Shown here piece after piece: positions 9,354 through 18,005 of a stretch of 64,000 nucleotides of DNA. The translations under genes and the position numbers were made by a program. Each line of letters begins with the position of its first letter. Within the stretch, counting starts at the first letter, position 1. The stretch lies in contig JACOUL010000008.1 of NCBI GenBank assembly GCA_016177875.1, positions 15,432 to 79,431 on the forward strand, read 5' to 3'. The notes below the pieces were generated by a model. That model made no database searches. It saw only the letters and a program-made list of their open reading frames with translations, and was not told where the DNA came from. This DNA is from Burkholderiales bacterium. Its GTDB lineage: Bacteria > Pseudomonadota > Gammaproteobacteria > Burkholderiales > Burkholderiaceae_D.

Positions 9354-11957
9354 ATGAACACCGCATACCGCAAAAACCTGCCCGGCACCACACTGGATTA
9401 TTTCGATGCACGTGCTGCAGTAAACGCGATCCAGCCCGGCGCTTGGGACAAGCTTCCGTACACCTCGCGCGTGCATGCCGAGAACCTGGTGCGCCGCTGC
9501 GACCCGGACATCCTCGCCGATTGCCTGAAGCAGCTCATCGAGGTGAAGCGCGAGCGCGACTTCCCATGGTTTCCGGCGCGCGTTGTGTGCCACGACATTC
9601 TCGGTCAGACAGCGTTAGTCGACCTCGCCGGCTTGCGCGATGCGATCGCCGATCAAGGGGGAGACCCGGCCAAGGTTAATCCGGTTGTGCCGGTGCAGCT
9701 GATCGTCGACCATTCCTTGGCTGTCGAGTGCGGCGGATTCGACCCGGAAGCGTTTTCGAAAAATCGTGCGATCGAAGATCGCCGCAACGAAGACCGCTTC
9801 CACTTCATCAACTGGACCAAGCTCGCCTTCAAAAATGTCGACGTGATCCCGCCGGGTAACGGCATCATGCATCAGATTAATCTGGAGCGCATGTCGCCGG
9901 TGATACACGCCCAAGACGGCGTGGCATTCCCCGATACGCTGGTCGGCACCGACTCTCACACGCCGCACGTCGACGCGCTGGGCGTGATCGCTGTCGGTGT
10001 CGGCGGCCTGGAAGCCGAGAACGTCATGCTGGGCCGTGCGTCGTGGATGCGTCTGCCCGAAATCGTCGGCGTGGAACTCTCCGGTCGTCCGCAGCCGGGC
10101 ATTACTGCGACCGACATCGTGCTGGCATTGACGGAATTCCTGCGCAAATCCAAAGTGGTCGGCGCCTACCTTGAGTTTTATGGCGAAGGCGCGGCTGCAT
10201 TAACCTTGGGCGACCGCGCAACCATCTCCAACATGGCGCCGGAATATGGCGCGACTGCTGCGATGTTTTCGATCGACCAGCAAACCATTGAATACCTGAA
10301 GTTGACCGGCCGCACCGATGAACAAGTCAAGCTGGTGGAAACCTATGCCAAGGAAGCCGGCTTGTGGTCGGATACCCTAAAAAATGCCGAATATGAGCGC
10401 GTGCTTAAGTTCGATTTGTCTACCGTTGTGCGCAATATGGCCGGCCCATCCAACCCGCATGCGCGTTTGGCCACCAGTGACTTGGCAGCCAAGGGCATAG
10501 CCGGCAAATGGGAAGAAGTGCCCGGCCAGATGCCGGACGGCGCGGTGATCATCGCGGCAATTACCAGCTGCACCAACACCAGCAATCCACGCAACGTGAT
10601 TGCCGCCGGCCTCTTGGCGCGCAATGCCAACAAGCTGGGATTGGTTCGTAAGCCTTGGGTGAAGAGTTCTCTCGCGCCCGGGTCCAAAGTGGTCGAGCTG
10701 TATTTGAAAGAAGCGGGATTGCTGTCGGATTTGGAAAAGCTTGGCTTCGGTGTGGTTGCGTTTGCCTGCACTACTTGCAACGGCATGTCCGGCGCACTCG
10801 ATCCGAAGATTCAACAGGAAATTATCGACCGCGACTTGTACGCGACCGCCGTCCTGTCCGGCAATCGCAACTTCGACGGCCGTATCCACCCGTACGCCAA
10901 GCAAGCATTCCTGGCTTCGCCTCCGCTGGTGGTGGCTTATGCGATCGCCGGTACGATTCGCTTCGATATCGAAAAGGATGTGTTGACCGTGGTCGACGGC
11001 AAGGAAATTCGCCTGAAGGATATCTGGCCTTCCGATGCTGAGATCGACGCGATCATGAAGTCCAGCGTCAAGCCGGAGCAGTTCCGTAATGTCTACGAGC
11101 CTATGTTCGCGATTCAATCGGACAAAGGCGAAAAAGTCAGTCCGCTGTACAACTGGCGTCCGCAATCGACTTACATTCGCCGTCCGCCGTACTGGGAAGG
11201 CGCGTTGGCGGGTGAGCGTACATTGAAGGGCATGCGCCCGCTGGCCGTGCTGCCGGATAACATCACGACCGATCACTTGTCGCCGTCGAATGCGATTCTA
11301 CCGAACTCGGCTGCCGGCGAGTATCTCGCCAAGATGGGTTTGCCGGAGGAGGACTTCAATTCTTACGCGACGCACCGTGGCGATCACCTCACGGCGCAAC
11401 GCGCCACCTTCGCCAATCCGACGCTGAAGAACGAGATGGTGCGCGATGCCGAGGGCAAGGTAAAGTCGGGTTCGCTTGCGCGCGTCGAGCCGGAAGGCAA
11501 AGTCATGAGCATGTGGGAAGCCATCGAAACCTACATGAATCGCAAGCAGCCTCTGATCATCGTCGCCGGGGCCGACTACGGTCAAGGTTCTTCGCGTGAC
11601 TGGGCCGCGAAAGGTGTGCGTTTGGCGGGCGTGGAAGTTATCGCCGCCGAAGGTTTCGAGCGTATTCACCGCACCAATTTGATCGGCATGGGTGTGCTGC
11701 CTCTGGAGTTCAAGCCGGGCACGAACCGCCTGACTTTGAACATCGACGGCACCGAGACCTATGATGTGATCGGTGAACGCAAGCCGCGCGCCGACTTGAT
11801 CCTCGTGATCAATCGCAAGAACGGCGAGCGCGTGGAAGTGCCGATGACTTGCCGTCTCGATACCGCTGAAGAAGTGTCGATCTATGAAGCCGGCGGCGTG
11901 TTGCAGCGATTCGCGCAGGACTTTCTTGCATCGTCTTCCTCGGCAAAGGCAGCTTAA
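9354..11957 (+). CDS. acnD: Fe/S-dependent 2-methylcitrate dehydratase AcnD (aconitase family)
   Basis: About 868 aa aconitase-family protein. Start chosen at the ATG giving MNTAYRKNLPGTTLDYF; the ORF track's longer 9330 start is an upstream extension. It lies between prpC and prpF, as in acnD-prpF type clusters. Confidence 0.85.
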   Translation: MNTAYRKNLPGTTLDYFDARAAVNAIQPGAWDKLPYTSRVHAENLVRRCDPDILADCLKQLIEVKRERDFPWFPARVVCHDILGQTALVDLAGLRDAIADQGGDPAKVNPVVPVQLIVDHSLAVECGGFDPEAFSKNRAIEDRRNEDRFHFINWTKLAFKNVDVIPPGNGIMHQINLERMSPVIHAQDGVAFPDTLVGTDSHTPHVDALGVIAVGVGGLEAENVMLGRASWMRLPEIVGVELSGRPQPGITATDIVLALTEFLRKSKVVGAYLEFYGEGAAALTLGDRATISNMAPEYGATAAMFSIDQQTIEYLKLTGRTDEQVKLVETYAKEAGLWSDTLKNAEYERVLKFDLSTVVRNMAGPSNPHARLATSDLAAKGIAGKWEEVPGQMPDGAVIIAAITSCTNTSNPRNVIAAGLLARNANKLGLVRKPWVKSSLAPGSKVVELYLKEAGLLSDLEKLGFGVVAFACTTCNGMSGALDPKIQQEIIDRDLYATAVLSGNRNFDGRIHPYAKQAFLASPPLVVAYAIAGTIRFDIEKDVLTVVDGKEIRLKDIWPSDAEIDAIMKSSVKPEQFRNVYEPMFAIQSDKGEKVSPLYNWRPQSTYIRRPPYWEGALAGERTLKGMRPLAVLPDNITTDHLSPSNAILPNSAAGEYLAKMGLPEEDFNSYATHRGDHLTAQRATFANPTLKNEMVRDAEGKVKSGSLARVEPEGKVMSMWEAIETYMNRKQPLIIVAGADYGQGSSRDWAAKGVRLAGVEVIAAEGFERIHRTNLIGMGVLPLEFKPGTNRLTLNIDGTETYDVIGERKPRADLILVINRKNGERVEVPMTCRLDTAEEVSIYEAGGVLQRFAQDFLASSSSAKAA

Positions 11958-11971
11958 TAAGGAATATTCGC

Positions 11972-13162
11972 ATGGCACACGTACCTCAAATCAAAGTTCC
12001 CGCCACTTATATACGCGGCGGCACAAGCAAAGGCGTGTTCTTTCGCCAGCAGGATTTGCCCGAAGCTGCGCGAGTGCCGGGTGCTGCACGTGATGCACTT
12101 TTATTGCGTGTCATCGGCAGCCCCGACCCTTACGGCAAGCAGATCGATGGCATGGGCGGTGCAACGTCGAGTACCAGCAAGACGGTGATTCTGTCCAAGA
12201 GCAGCAAGGCCGATCACGACGTCGATTACCTGTTTGGCCAAGTGTCGATCGACAAGGCGTTTGTCGACTGGAGCGGCAACTGTGGCAATCTCTCCGCTGC
12301 AGTGGGCTCGTTTGCCATCAGCAGCGGACTGGTCGACACCGGCCGCATTCCGCAAAACGGCATGGCGACCGTTCGCATTTGGCAAGCCAATATCGGCAAG
12401 ACCATTATTGCGCACGTCCCGATTACCAATGGCGAAGTGCAGGAAACCGGCGACTTCGAGCTCGACGGCGTCACTTTCCCCGCCGCTGAAGTACAACTGG
12501 AATTCATGGACCCGGCAGCCGAGGAAGAAGGCGCGGGCGGCGCAATGTTCCCGACGGGGAATCTGGTCGACGATCTTGAAGTGCCCGGCGTCGGGACACT
12601 CCGGGCCACCATGATTAACGCCGGCATTCCGACCATTTTCGTGAATGCGGAAGATATCGGCTACACCGGTACCGAATTGCAGGACGCGATCAACGGCGAT
12701 AGCAAGGCCTTGACCATGTTCGAAACTATCCGCGCGTACGGCGCAGTTCGTATGGGCTTGATCAAGAACGTCGATGAAGCTGCCAAGCGTCAGCACACGC
12801 CCAAAGTTGCCTTCGTCGCCAAACCAAAAGATTACGTCGCCTCCAGCGGTAAGAAAGTCGCCGCTTCCGATATTGATTTGCTGGTGCGCGCGCTATCCAT
12901 GGGTAAACTGCATCACGCCATGATGGGCACCGCGGCGGTAGCTATCGGTACCGCCGCAGCGATACCCGGCACGCTGGTAAACCTTGCCGCCGGCGGCGAT
13001 GCGCGCACCGCGGTACGCTTCGGCCATCCTTCCGGCACCTTGCGGGTCGGCGCCGAAGCCAGCCAAATCAACGGTGAATGGAGCGTGACCAAGGCGATCA
13101 TGAGCCGCAGCGCGCGCGTGCTGATGGAAGGTTGGGTGCGCGTGCCGGGCGACGCCTTTTGA
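11972..13162 (+). CDS. prpF: 2-methylaconitate isomerase PrpF
   Basis: 396 aa PrpF/AcnX-associated isomerase family protein (MAHVPQIKVPATYIRGGTSKGVFF) immediately after acnD. Confidence 0.8.
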   Translation: MAHVPQIKVPATYIRGGTSKGVFFRQQDLPEAARVPGAARDALLLRVIGSPDPYGKQIDGMGGATSSTSKTVILSKSSKADHDVDYLFGQVSIDKAFVDWSGNCGNLSAAVGSFAISSGLVDTGRIPQNGMATVRIWQANIGKTIIAHVPITNGEVQETGDFELDGVTFPAAEVQLEFMDPAAEEEGAGGAMFPTGNLVDDLEVPGVGTLRATMINAGIPTIFVNAEDIGYTGTELQDAINGDSKALTMFETIRAYGAVRMGLIKNVDEAAKRQHTPKVAFVAKPKDYVASSGKKVAASDIDLLVRALSMGKLHHAMMGTAAVAIGTAAAIPGTLVNLAAGGDARTAVRFGHPSGTLRVGAEASQINGEWSVTKAIMSRSARVLMEGWVRVPGDAF

Positions 13163-13210
13163 GCGCGCAGGTGTGCGGAACAATGGCCTTGATTTTCATG
13201 TCTCATTGAC

Positions 13211-14653
13211 ATGAATTTCGCCAAGCGTCCCAATTGGGACAGGGTTCTGACCGATATCGCGGACTATGTCCAGGGCTACGAGATCAAGTCCGACCTCGCG
13301 TATGAAACCGCGCGCAATTGCTTGATCGATACGCTCGGTTGCGGTCTTGAGGCGCTTGAATATCCGGCTTGCACCAAACTGCTTGGACCCATCGTGCATG
13401 GCACGATGTGTCCCAACGGCGCCAAGGTGCCGGGCACGCAGTTTCAGCTCGACCCGGTGCAAGCGGCATTCGATATCGGGACGATGATCCGCTGGCTTGA
13501 CTTCAACGATACATGGCTCGCCGCAGAATGGGGACATCCCTCCGACAATCTCGGCGGCATTCTGGCGATTGCAGATTGGCTATCGCGCAACGCGGTTGCG
13601 ACCGGCAAGAAGCCGCTGACCATGCGCGACGTATTGACCAGCATGATCAAGGCGCATGAGATTCAGGGATGCATTGCGTTGGAAAATGCATTCAACAAGG
13701 TCGGCCTGGATCATGTCGTGCTGGTGAAGGTAGCTTCCACCGCAGTCGTCGCACAAATGCTAGGCCTGTCGCGTGAAGAAATTTTGAGTGCAGTGTCGTT
13801 AGCATGGGTGGATGGCCAACCGCTGCGCATTTATCGGCAGGCGCCAAACACCGGTTCGCGTAAGTCGTGGGCTGCCGGCGACGCGACTTCGCGTGCTGTT
13901 CGTCTTGCATTGATGGCTAAGACCGGGGAGATGGGGTATCCGTCGGCATTGACCGAGAAGACTTGGGGTTTCTACGACGTGCTATTCAAAGGAAATTCTT
14001 TCAAGCTCCGGCGTCCGTATGGCAGCTATGTCATGGAAAACGTATTGTTCAAGATTTCTTATCCGGCGGAGTTCCATGCGCAAACTGCGGTTGAAGCCGC
14101 CATGATCTTGCATGCGACATTAAAGAAAATAGGCAAGTCGGCGGAAGACATTAAGAGGATCACGATACGGACGCATGAAGCCTGCATCCGTATCATCGAC
14201 AAGCGAGGACCGTTAAGCAATCCTGCCGATCGCGATCATTGTATTCAGTACATGGTCTCAGTGCCCCTCTTATACGGCCATTTAACTGCGAACGATTATG
14301 AAGAGGACGCAGCCGCCGATCCGCGTATCGATGTCTTGCGCGACAAGATCAAGTGCGTGGAAGATCCCGGCTTCACCAATGACTATCACGATCCCGAAAA
14401 ACGTTCCATCTCCAACGCATTGTCGGTGGAGATGAATACAGGCGAACTGCTGGAAGAAGTGGTGGTGGAATATCCGATTGGCCACGCTCGCCGCCGCAAG
14501 GAAGGCATACCGCTTTTGGAAGCGAAGTTCAAGACCAACTTGGCTCGTCGATTTCCGGCCAAGCAGCAAAACGTGATTCTTGATGTGTCGCTCGATCAGG
14601 TAAAACTCGAAGCGATGCCGGTCAACGAGTATGTCGATCTGTATGTGATTTGA
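13211..14653 (+). CDS. prpD: 2-methylcitrate dehydratase PrpD
   Basis: 480 aa MmgE/PrpD family protein in the same operon. Confidence 0.85.
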   Translation: MNFAKRPNWDRVLTDIADYVQGYEIKSDLAYETARNCLIDTLGCGLEALEYPACTKLLGPIVHGTMCPNGAKVPGTQFQLDPVQAAFDIGTMIRWLDFNDTWLAAEWGHPSDNLGGILAIADWLSRNAVATGKKPLTMRDVLTSMIKAHEIQGCIALENAFNKVGLDHVVLVKVASTAVVAQMLGLSREEILSAVSLAWVDGQPLRIYRQAPNTGSRKSWAAGDATSRAVRLALMAKTGEMGYPSALTEKTWGFYDVLFKGNSFKLRRPYGSYVMENVLFKISYPAEFHAQTAVEAAMILHATLKKIGKSAEDIKRITIRTHEACIRIIDKRGPLSNPADRDHCIQYMVSVPLLYGHLTANDYEEDAAADPRIDVLRDKIKCVEDPGFTNDYHDPEKRSISNALSVEMNTGELLEEVVVEYPIGHARRRKEGIPLLEAKFKTNLARRFPAKQQNVILDVSLDQVKLEAMPVNEYVDLYVI

Positions 14654-14823
14654 TTTGTAGGTGTAGTCGTAGTTGTTGTAGTAAGTAGTAAGGGGGAGCG
14701 CTACGGCAGGGGTGCCGTAGCGCTTTTTTGTTAAAGCGCAGCAGTGATCGCGTAAGTGCAGAGTAAGCTGGCATGTGCATACTGTGCCCATATCCCAAAA
14801 AGAATTCGCAATAGGAGACCCCG

Positions 14824-16713
14824 ATGGACTACGCCGACCTGTATCGCCAATCTATTACCGATCCACAGGAATTCTGGGGCAAAGAAGCGCGCCGCATCGA
14901 CTGGCGCCAACCGTTTTCGCGTGTACTGGATTTTGCCGATCCGCCCTTTGCCAAGTGGTTCGTCGATGGTCAAACTAATCTTTGCCACAATGCGGTGGAT
15001 CGCTGGGTTGCGCAGCAAGGCGATAAGCCGGCGCTGATCGCCGTCTCAACCGAGACCAATAGCGAAAAAACCTACACCTTCGCTGAATTGCAGGCCGAAG
15101 TCATGCGTACCGCGGCCATGATGCAAGAGCTAGGCGTGGGAAAAGGCGACCGCGTTTTGATTTATATGCCTATGATCGCCGAGGCGGTGTTCGCCATGCT
15201 GGCATGCGCGCGCATCGGCGCCATTCATTCGGTCGTATTTGGCGGCTTTGCCTCCAATAGCTTGGCATCGCGCATCGACGATGCACGGCCCAAGCTGATC
15301 GTTTCGGCGGATGCCGGTTCGCGCGGCGGCAAGCGCATTCCTTATAAGCCTTTGCTGGATGAAGCGATTCAGCTCGCCGAACACAAGCCTGATCGGGTGT
15401 TGCTGGTCGATCGGGGATTGGCACCGATGGTATTGGTACCCGGACGCGATATTTGTTATGCCATGCTGCGCGAGCGCCATATGCAAGCCGATGTGCCGAT
15501 CACCTGGCTGGAATCGAACGAGCCGTCTTACATCCTTTACACATCGGGTACCACCGGCAAGCCCAAAGGCGTGCAGCGTGATGTCGGCGGGTATGCGGTT
15601 GCCTTGGCTTCATCAATGCAGCACATCTACTGCGGGAATGCCGGCGAAACTTTTTTCTGTTCGTCAGACATCGGCTGGGTGGTCGGTCATTCGTATATCG
15701 TGTACGGTCCGCTGATTGCCGGTATGGCTACCGTCATGTATGAAGGCTTGCCGACTTGCCCGGACGCCGGCATCTGGTGGAGCATCGTTGAGAAGTACAA
15801 GGTCACCCGTATGTTTTCTTCGCCGACGGCGATACGTGTTTTGAAAAAGCATTCGTCGGAGTTCATGACGAAGCACGATTTGTCCTCACTAAAGGCTTTG
15901 TATCTTGCAGGCGAGCCGTTGGATGAACCGACTGCCGCATGGATATCCAATCAGCTGGGCGTGTCGATCATCGACAATTACTGGCAAACGGAGACCGGTT
16001 GGCCGATTTTGTCGATTGCGCGCGGCCTGGACGAGCGGGTAACCCGTCTGGGAAGCCCCGGCATTCCCATGTACGGTTATCAGGTCAAAATTCTCAATGA
16101 AGCCACCGGCGAGGTATGCGGCGACAATGAAAAAGGTGTGGTCGTCATTGAAGGCCCATTGCCGCCCGGCTGCATGCAAACCGTGTACGGGGATGATGAG
16201 CGCTTCATCAAGACTTACTGGAGTAACTTCAAAAACGTTCAAGCCTACTCCACCTTTGACTGGGGCATTCGAGATCAAGATGGGTACTACTTCATCTTAG
16301 GACGCACTGATGACGTCATTAATGTTGCAGGCCATCGTTTGGGAACGCGCGAAATCGAAGAAAGCATTTCTAGTCACCCGAATGTGTCGGAAGTGGCGGT
16401 AGTGGGCGTTGAAGATAAGTTGAAAGGCCAAGTTGCGGTAGCTTTCGCCATACCGAAGGATTCCGACAGCATTGCGACGGCAGATGGCAGCAGGGAATTA
16501 GAAGCTGAAGTGATGGCGACTGTTGATAAACAATTGGGCGCGATCGCGCGTCCGGCGCGTGTTCATTTCGTTTCGATGTTGCCAAAAACGCGTTCCGGAA
16601 AATTATTGCGTCGGGCAATTCAAGCGATATGCGAAGGTCGTGATCCCGGCGAACTGCCGACCATCGAAGACGCTTCTGCTTTAGAAAAAATCCGGGCGGC
16701 GTTATCACTTTAA
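14824..16713 (+). CDS. prpE: Propionate--CoA ligase (propionyl-CoA synthetase) PrpE
   Basis: 629 aa acyl/acetyl-CoA synthetase family protein (YTSGTTGKPKG AMP-binding motif) in the prp cluster. Confidence 0.8.
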   Translation: MDYADLYRQSITDPQEFWGKEARRIDWRQPFSRVLDFADPPFAKWFVDGQTNLCHNAVDRWVAQQGDKPALIAVSTETNSEKTYTFAELQAEVMRTAAMMQELGVGKGDRVLIYMPMIAEAVFAMLACARIGAIHSVVFGGFASNSLASRIDDARPKLIVSADAGSRGGKRIPYKPLLDEAIQLAEHKPDRVLLVDRGLAPMVLVPGRDICYAMLRERHMQADVPITWLESNEPSYILYTSGTTGKPKGVQRDVGGYAVALASSMQHIYCGNAGETFFCSSDIGWVVGHSYIVYGPLIAGMATVMYEGLPTCPDAGIWWSIVEKYKVTRMFSSPTAIRVLKKHSSEFMTKHDLSSLKALYLAGEPLDEPTAAWISNQLGVSIIDNYWQTETGWPILSIARGLDERVTRLGSPGIPMYGYQVKILNEATGEVCGDNEKGVVVIEGPLPPGCMQTVYGDDERFIKTYWSNFKNVQAYSTFDWGIRDQDGYYFILGRTDDVINVAGHRLGTREIEESISSHPNVSEVAVVGVEDKLKGQVAVAFAIPKDSDSIATADGSRELEAEVMATVDKQLGAIARPARVHFVSMLPKTRSGKLLRRAIQAICEGRDPGELPTIEDASALEKIRAALSL

Positions 16714-17068
16714 CGATGCGCTTGAACGATGCCGTAAATTTGCTACTTTTTGGAGCAAAATTGCCGAAAGGAACACATCTCATTGCTTCCATGACAGGAA
16801 TTGAATAAAAAATTAAAAAAACTGTCTGAAAAGTGAGGGTTCGCCCATACCAGAAATGTGGGGAATAAGTTAAATTAACAACCTTGACGAAAGGAAACTG
16901 GCAATCCCTTCGTTTTCGTGCCGTTTCCGACGCAAATCGGGCCGGCGTTGGTAGCTGAAGTTGGCAGTTGGATGTGCAATGTCATTGAATCAGATTTGAG
17001 GATTGGCTTGTCGCTCTAGTTCTGCATAGCTTTGCTTAGTTCATTTGTTTAAGTTCCAGGGAGATTCA

Positions 17069-17809
17069 ATGCGACTCGCGAATAAGGTATCTATCATCAC
17101 CGGTGCAGCTCAAGGTATTGGTCAAGCAACTGCTCTGAAGTTTGCGCAAGAAGGCGCCAAGGTTGTCGTGTGCGACATGAACCAGGCAGGCGTCGACGCT
17201 GTGGTCAATCAAATTCGCGAAGCGAAGGGTGAGGCTGTCGGCTATGCAGTCGACGTTACCAAGCCGGACACCATCAATGCCATGGTCAAAGGCGTCATGG
17301 AGAAATATGGCCGTATCGATACCTTGGTCAACAACGCCGGTATCGTGATGGATTCGACTCTGAAGAAAATGACCGAAGCCCAGTTCGACAAGGTGATCGA
17401 CGTCAATCTCAAGGGCGTATTCAACTGCACCAAGGCAGTGGTCGACATCATGCTCGAGCAAAAGTCTGGCGCCATCCTGATCACTTCCTCGATCGTCGGC
17501 CTGTTCGGCAACTTCGGTCAAACCAACTACGCCGCAACCAAGTTCGGCGTGATCGGCATGGCCAAGACCTGGACCCGCGAACTGGGCCGCAAAGGCATCC
17601 GCGTCAACTGCGTGTGCCCGGGCTTCATCGCCACCAGCATCCTGAAAGACATGCCAGCTGACGTGATCAAGTCGATGGAAGAGCGCGTGCCGATGGCGCG
17701 CCTGGGTAAGCCGGAAGAGATCGCCAACACTTACGCGTTCCTCGCTTCCGACGAAGCCAGCTACATCAGCGGCGCAACCATCGAAGTGACCGGCGGCCTG
17801 ACGCTGTAA
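17069..17809 (+). CDS. Short-chain dehydrogenase/reductase (FabG / acetoacetyl-CoA reductase-like)
   Basis: TGAAQGIG Rossmann motif and catalytic YxxxK (YAATK). Start chosen at the ATG giving MRLANKVSIITG behind a GGGAG RBS. Confidence 0.75.
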   Translation: MRLANKVSIITGAAQGIGQATALKFAQEGAKVVVCDMNQAGVDAVVNQIREAKGEAVGYAVDVTKPDTINAMVKGVMEKYGRIDTLVNNAGIVMDSTLKKMTEAQFDKVIDVNLKGVFNCTKAVVDIMLEQKSGAILITSSIVGLFGNFGQTNYAATKFGVIGMAKTWTRELGRKGIRVNCVCPGFIATSILKDMPADVIKSMEERVPMARLGKPEEIANTYAFLASDEASYISGATIEVTGGLTL

Positions 17810-17826
17810 TCGCGATTCGATGTAAA

Positions 17827-17857
17827 GAAAAAGCGCGGGTCTCCCGCGCTTTTTTTA
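17827..17857 (+). terminator. Rho-independent terminator after the SDR gene
   Basis: GC hairpin AGCGCGGGtctcCCGCGCT followed by T7. Confidence 0.65.
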
Positions 17858-18005
17858 TGCCTCTACGCTTTTTCCTCGATGCGATTTGGCCATAATTGTG
17901 CAACTTATCTCTGCGCGGCACCTTATTGTGGTTTTGACATAAGTCAACTACGGAACATGAGTCTGCCGCACACTCGGACATCTTTTCAAAATTCCGTGGG
18001 CTTTC

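Noticed and set aside
7279-9411. 710-aa ORF on the minus strand spanning prpB and prpC
   Set aside because: It is antisense to two genes with unambiguous homology (methylisocitrate lyase and methylcitrate synthase). The long open frame is expected from the GC-rich codon bias, and the protein has no recognisable domain and an Arg/Gly/Ala-rich composition typical of antisense frames.
10377-11276. 299-aa minus-strand ORF inside acnD (similar cases inside prpF, ccoN/ccoO at 25184..26206, the Pat gene at 18182..19072, the helicase at 54743..56233, and others)
   Set aside because: All are antisense or alternative-frame ORFs nested in strongly supported genes. They have low-complexity Arg/Ala/Gly-rich translations and no start context. 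Treated as non-coding.
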